Source of the DNA: Nitrospirota bacterium | Lineage (GTDB): Bacteria; Nitrospirota; Nitrospiria; Nitrospirales; Nitrospiraceae | Length of the DNA stretch: 64,000 nucleotides | Direction of reading: 5' to 3' | Assembly (NCBI GenBank): GCA_963701855.1 | Contig: CAVPBK010000006.1 | Location: 1,408,001-1,472,000 of the forward strand | In this document: piece by piece, positions 61,408-64,000 of the stretch | How positions within the stretch are numbered: the first letter of the stretch is position 1 | How the letters are laid out: each line of letters starts with the position of its first letter | Notes under the pieces: generated by a model | Database searches by the model: none | Told to the model about the DNA's origin: nothing | What the model saw: only the letters and a program-made list of their open reading frames with translations | Program-made: the position numbers and the translations under genes

Positions 61408-64000
61408 ATGGCCACACCGGACTTTCTGAGCCCGACCGACACGTTTATCCATCGCCATATTGGCCCCACCGACGCTGAAGCTCACGAGATGCTGGCGACG
61501 CTCGGCTTGCAATCGCTGGAGGAGCTGAGCGAGGCAACCGTGCCAACCGACATTCGTTTGCGGAAGGAATTGGCCCTGCCTCTTCACCGCGGGGAACAGG
61601 CCGTGCTGGAAGAGGTCCGATCCATCGCCGAAGAAAACCAGATCTACCGTTCATTGATCGGCATGGGCTATCACGATTGCATCACACCCGGCGTGATTCA
61701 GCGCAATATTTTCGAAGACCCGTCCTGGTATACCCAGTACACGCCTTACCAGGCCGAGATTGCCCAGGGCCGCTTGGAAGCACTCGTGAATTTTCAAACC
61801 CTGGTGTCCGATCTCACCGGCTTGCCCCTAGCCAATGCCTCGCTCCTGGATGAAGCCACCGCGGCAGCGGAGGCGATGGCCATGTGTCTCGCCATTTCTC
61901 GTTCGTCCGGCCGTGAACGGACAGAGTTCTTCGCCTCGCAAGACTGTCATCCCCAAACCGTTGCCGTGATGCAGACACGGGCTGAACCGCTCGGCATGAC
62001 TCTGCGTGTAGGGCAGACGCAGACCATCGATTTCTCCAACCCTCTGCTGGCCGGAATTTTACTCCAGTATCCGACCACTGACGGCTATGTCGGGGACTAC
62101 AGCGCGTTGGTAGTGCAGGCCCACGCGGCCGGGGTTCTCGTGGTGGTCGCTACCGATCTGTTGGCCCTTACCCTTTTGCGCCCACCGGGAGAATTCGGGG
62201 CCGATATCGCCGTGGGCTCCAGTCAGCGGTTTGGTGTCCCGCTCGGATTTGGCGGCCCCCACGCCGCGTTTCTCTCGACCACCGAGACATTCAAGCGGCA
62301 GATGCCGGGACGCATCGTCGGGGTGTCCAAGGATGTCACAGGGAAGCCTGCCTACCGGCTTTCTCTGCAGACTCGCGAACAGCATATTCGGCGTGAGAAG
62401 GCGACGAGCAACATTTGTACGGCGCAGGTGCTCTTGGCCATCATGGCAAGCATGTATGCGATTTACCACGGGCCGGAGGGCTTGCGGCGGATTGCCGAGC
62501 GCGTGCATGGCTTGGCTGTGATACTGGCAGCGGGGTTGCGGCAGCTCGGATTCGATGTCGTAGCGGAATCATACTTCGATACGATTCGAGTTCGTCTGAC
62601 GAAGATGCAGTCCGAGTCTATCTTGGTCCGGGCCGACGAAGCAGGCATCAATCTTCGCGGGCATGAGGACCACTCCATCGGGATTGCACTGGATGAGGTG
62701 AGTACGGAAAACGAAATCTGCCGCCTGATGGAAATTTTCATAGGTCACAATCGGTTGCCTTTTCAGGTTCGGGACTTGAGCCACAGCGTCGATACAAGCT
62801 TTCCCACGAATCTCGCCCGCACCAGCAAGTACCTGACCCATGAGGTGTTCAACCGCTATCATTCGGAACACGAGATGCTGCGGTATATCCACCGTCTAGG
62901 TGCGAAAGATCTGTCACTCGTCCATTCGATGATCCCTTTGGGGTCCTGCACCATGAAGCTGAACGCGACAACCGAGATGCTGCCGGTTACCTGGCCAAAG
63001 TTCTCACGGCTTCACCCCTTTGCTCCGATCGAGCAGACCAAAGGGTATCAAGAGTTGTTCCATCAGTTGGAGGCCTGGCTGGCGGAGATTACCGGATTCT
63101 CTGCCGTGTCCCTGCAACCGAATGCCGGCTCTCAGGGCGAGTATACGGGACTGATGGTGATCCGAGCATATCACCGGAGCCAGGGGGAAGAGCATCGGGA
63201 TGTGTGCTTGATTCCCGTGTCCGCCCACGGCACGAATCCAGCCAGTGCGTCTATGGTCGGCATGACGGTTGTAACGGTCGCCTGTGATCGACAGGGCAAT
63301 GTGGAATTAGCCGATCTCGAGGCCAAGGCCGCTCAGCATCGCGAGCGGCTGTCTGCGCTCATGTTGACCTATCCCTCGACTCACGGTGTCTTCGAGGCGG
63401 AGGTGCGGCGCATCTGTCAGATCGTTCATACACACGGCGGGCAAGTCTATATGGATGGCGCTAACTTGAATGCTCAGGTGGGGCTTTGTCGGCCCGGGGA
63501 CATCGGTGCGGATATCTGCCATCTGAATCTACACAAGACATTCTGTATCCCCCACGGCGGGGGAGGGCCTGGGATGGGACCGATCGTTGCAGCGCGCCAT
63601 CTGGCGCCGTTTCTTCCCGGCCATCCGGTGATGCAACTGGGCGGACAAAGCTCCATCGGACCGGTATCGGCGGCGCCGTACGGCAGCCCTAGCATCGTGA
63701 CAATTTCCTGGGTCTACATCGCCCTGATGGGGCGCGATGGCTTGACCAAGGCGACGCAGGTGGCGATCTTGAGCGCCAACTACATGGCCAAACAACTGGA
63801 GAAATACTACCCTGTCCTCTACACGGGAACGTCCGGGTTCGTTGCGCACGAGTTTATTCTCGATCTACGTCAGTTCAAGGAGACGGCGGGAATTGAAGCG
63901 ATGGATGTGGCGAAGCGATTGATGGATTACGGATTTCATGCTCCGACGGTCTCGTTTCCGGTTGCCGGAACGCTCATGATCGAACCGACGGAGAGCGAAA
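61408..64000 (+). CDS. gcvP: Glycine dehydrogenase (decarboxylating), 3' truncated; absent from the ORF track because it runs off the window
   Basis: Read manually: [85 protein letters not shown]. Confidence 0.97.
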   Translation, partial: MATPDFLSPTDTFIHRHIGPTDAEAHEMLATLGLQSLEELSEATVPTDIRLRKELALPLHRGEQAVLEEVRSIAEENQIYRSLIGMGYHDCITPGVIQRNIFEDPSWYTQYTPYQAEIAQGRLEALVNFQTLVSDLTGLPLANASLLDEATAAAEAMAMCLAISRSSGRERTEFFASQDCHPQTVAVMQTRAEPLGMTLRVGQTQTIDFSNPLLAGILLQYPTTDGYVGDYSALVVQAHAAGVLVVVATDLLALTLLRPPGEFGADIAVGSSQRFGVPLGFGGPHAAFLSTTETFKRQMPGRIVGVSKDVTGKPAYRLSLQTREQHIRREKATSNICTAQVLLAIMASMYAIYHGPEGLRRIAERVHGLAVILAAGLRQLGFDVVAESYFDTIRVRLTKMQSESILVRADEAGINLRGHEDHSIGIALDEVSTENEICRLMEIFIGHNRLPFQVRDLSHSVDTSFPTNLARTSKYLTHEVFNRYHSEHEMLRYIHRLGAKDLSLVHSMIPLGSCTMKLNATTEMLPVTWPKFSRLHPFAPIEQTKGYQELFHQLEAWLAEITGFSAVSLQPNAGSQGEYTGLMVIRAYHRSQGEEHRDVCLIPVSAHGTNPASASMVGMTVVTVACDRQGNVELADLEAKAAQHRERLSALMLTYPSTHGVFEAEVRRICQIVHTHGGQVYMDGANLNAQVGLCRPGDIGADICHLNLHKTFCIPHGGGGPGMGPIVAARHLAPFLPGHPVMQLGGQSSIGPVSAAPYGSPSIVTISWVYIALMGRDGLTKATQVAILSANYMAKQLEKYYPVLYTGTSGFVAHEFILDLRQFKETAGIEAMDVAKRLMDYGFHAPTVSFPVAGTLMIEPTESE

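Overview
Chromosomal, mostly housekeeping window from a moderately GC-rich bacterium, probably a Nitrospira-like organism (inferred from gene content and order, not verified). Left to right: the end of a PilB/GspE ATPase; a type IV minor-pilin operon (fimT-pilV-pilW-pilX-pilY1, with pilY1 broken by five local frameshifts); phoH-ybeY-ftsY; a lipid A modification locus; three TatA/B-family genes; an alginate-export-type porin; recQ; thrH; a three-gene lysine catabolic operon ending in a compact HglS/DUF1338-like protein; tRNA-Leu(TAG)-tig-clpP-clpX; two PilZ paralogues; rimO; purU; a tautomerase/HxlR pair; a two-component system; a stand-alone sdhA; and the start of gcvP. The main unexplained structure is non-coding: about 11 members of a modular, nested, transposase-less repeat family. 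Most have YTAR-CAGGATGCTGAAAAA-like ends and carry interchangeable hairpin cargoes (a palindrome, 6-mer or 9-mer tandem foldbacks, a long GC-rich module). They repeatedly sit on host stop codons, and two inverted copies bracket sdhA. Related 7-mer tandem foldbacks also occur inside coding sequences. No CRISPR array, transposase, integrase or reverse transcriptase was seen.
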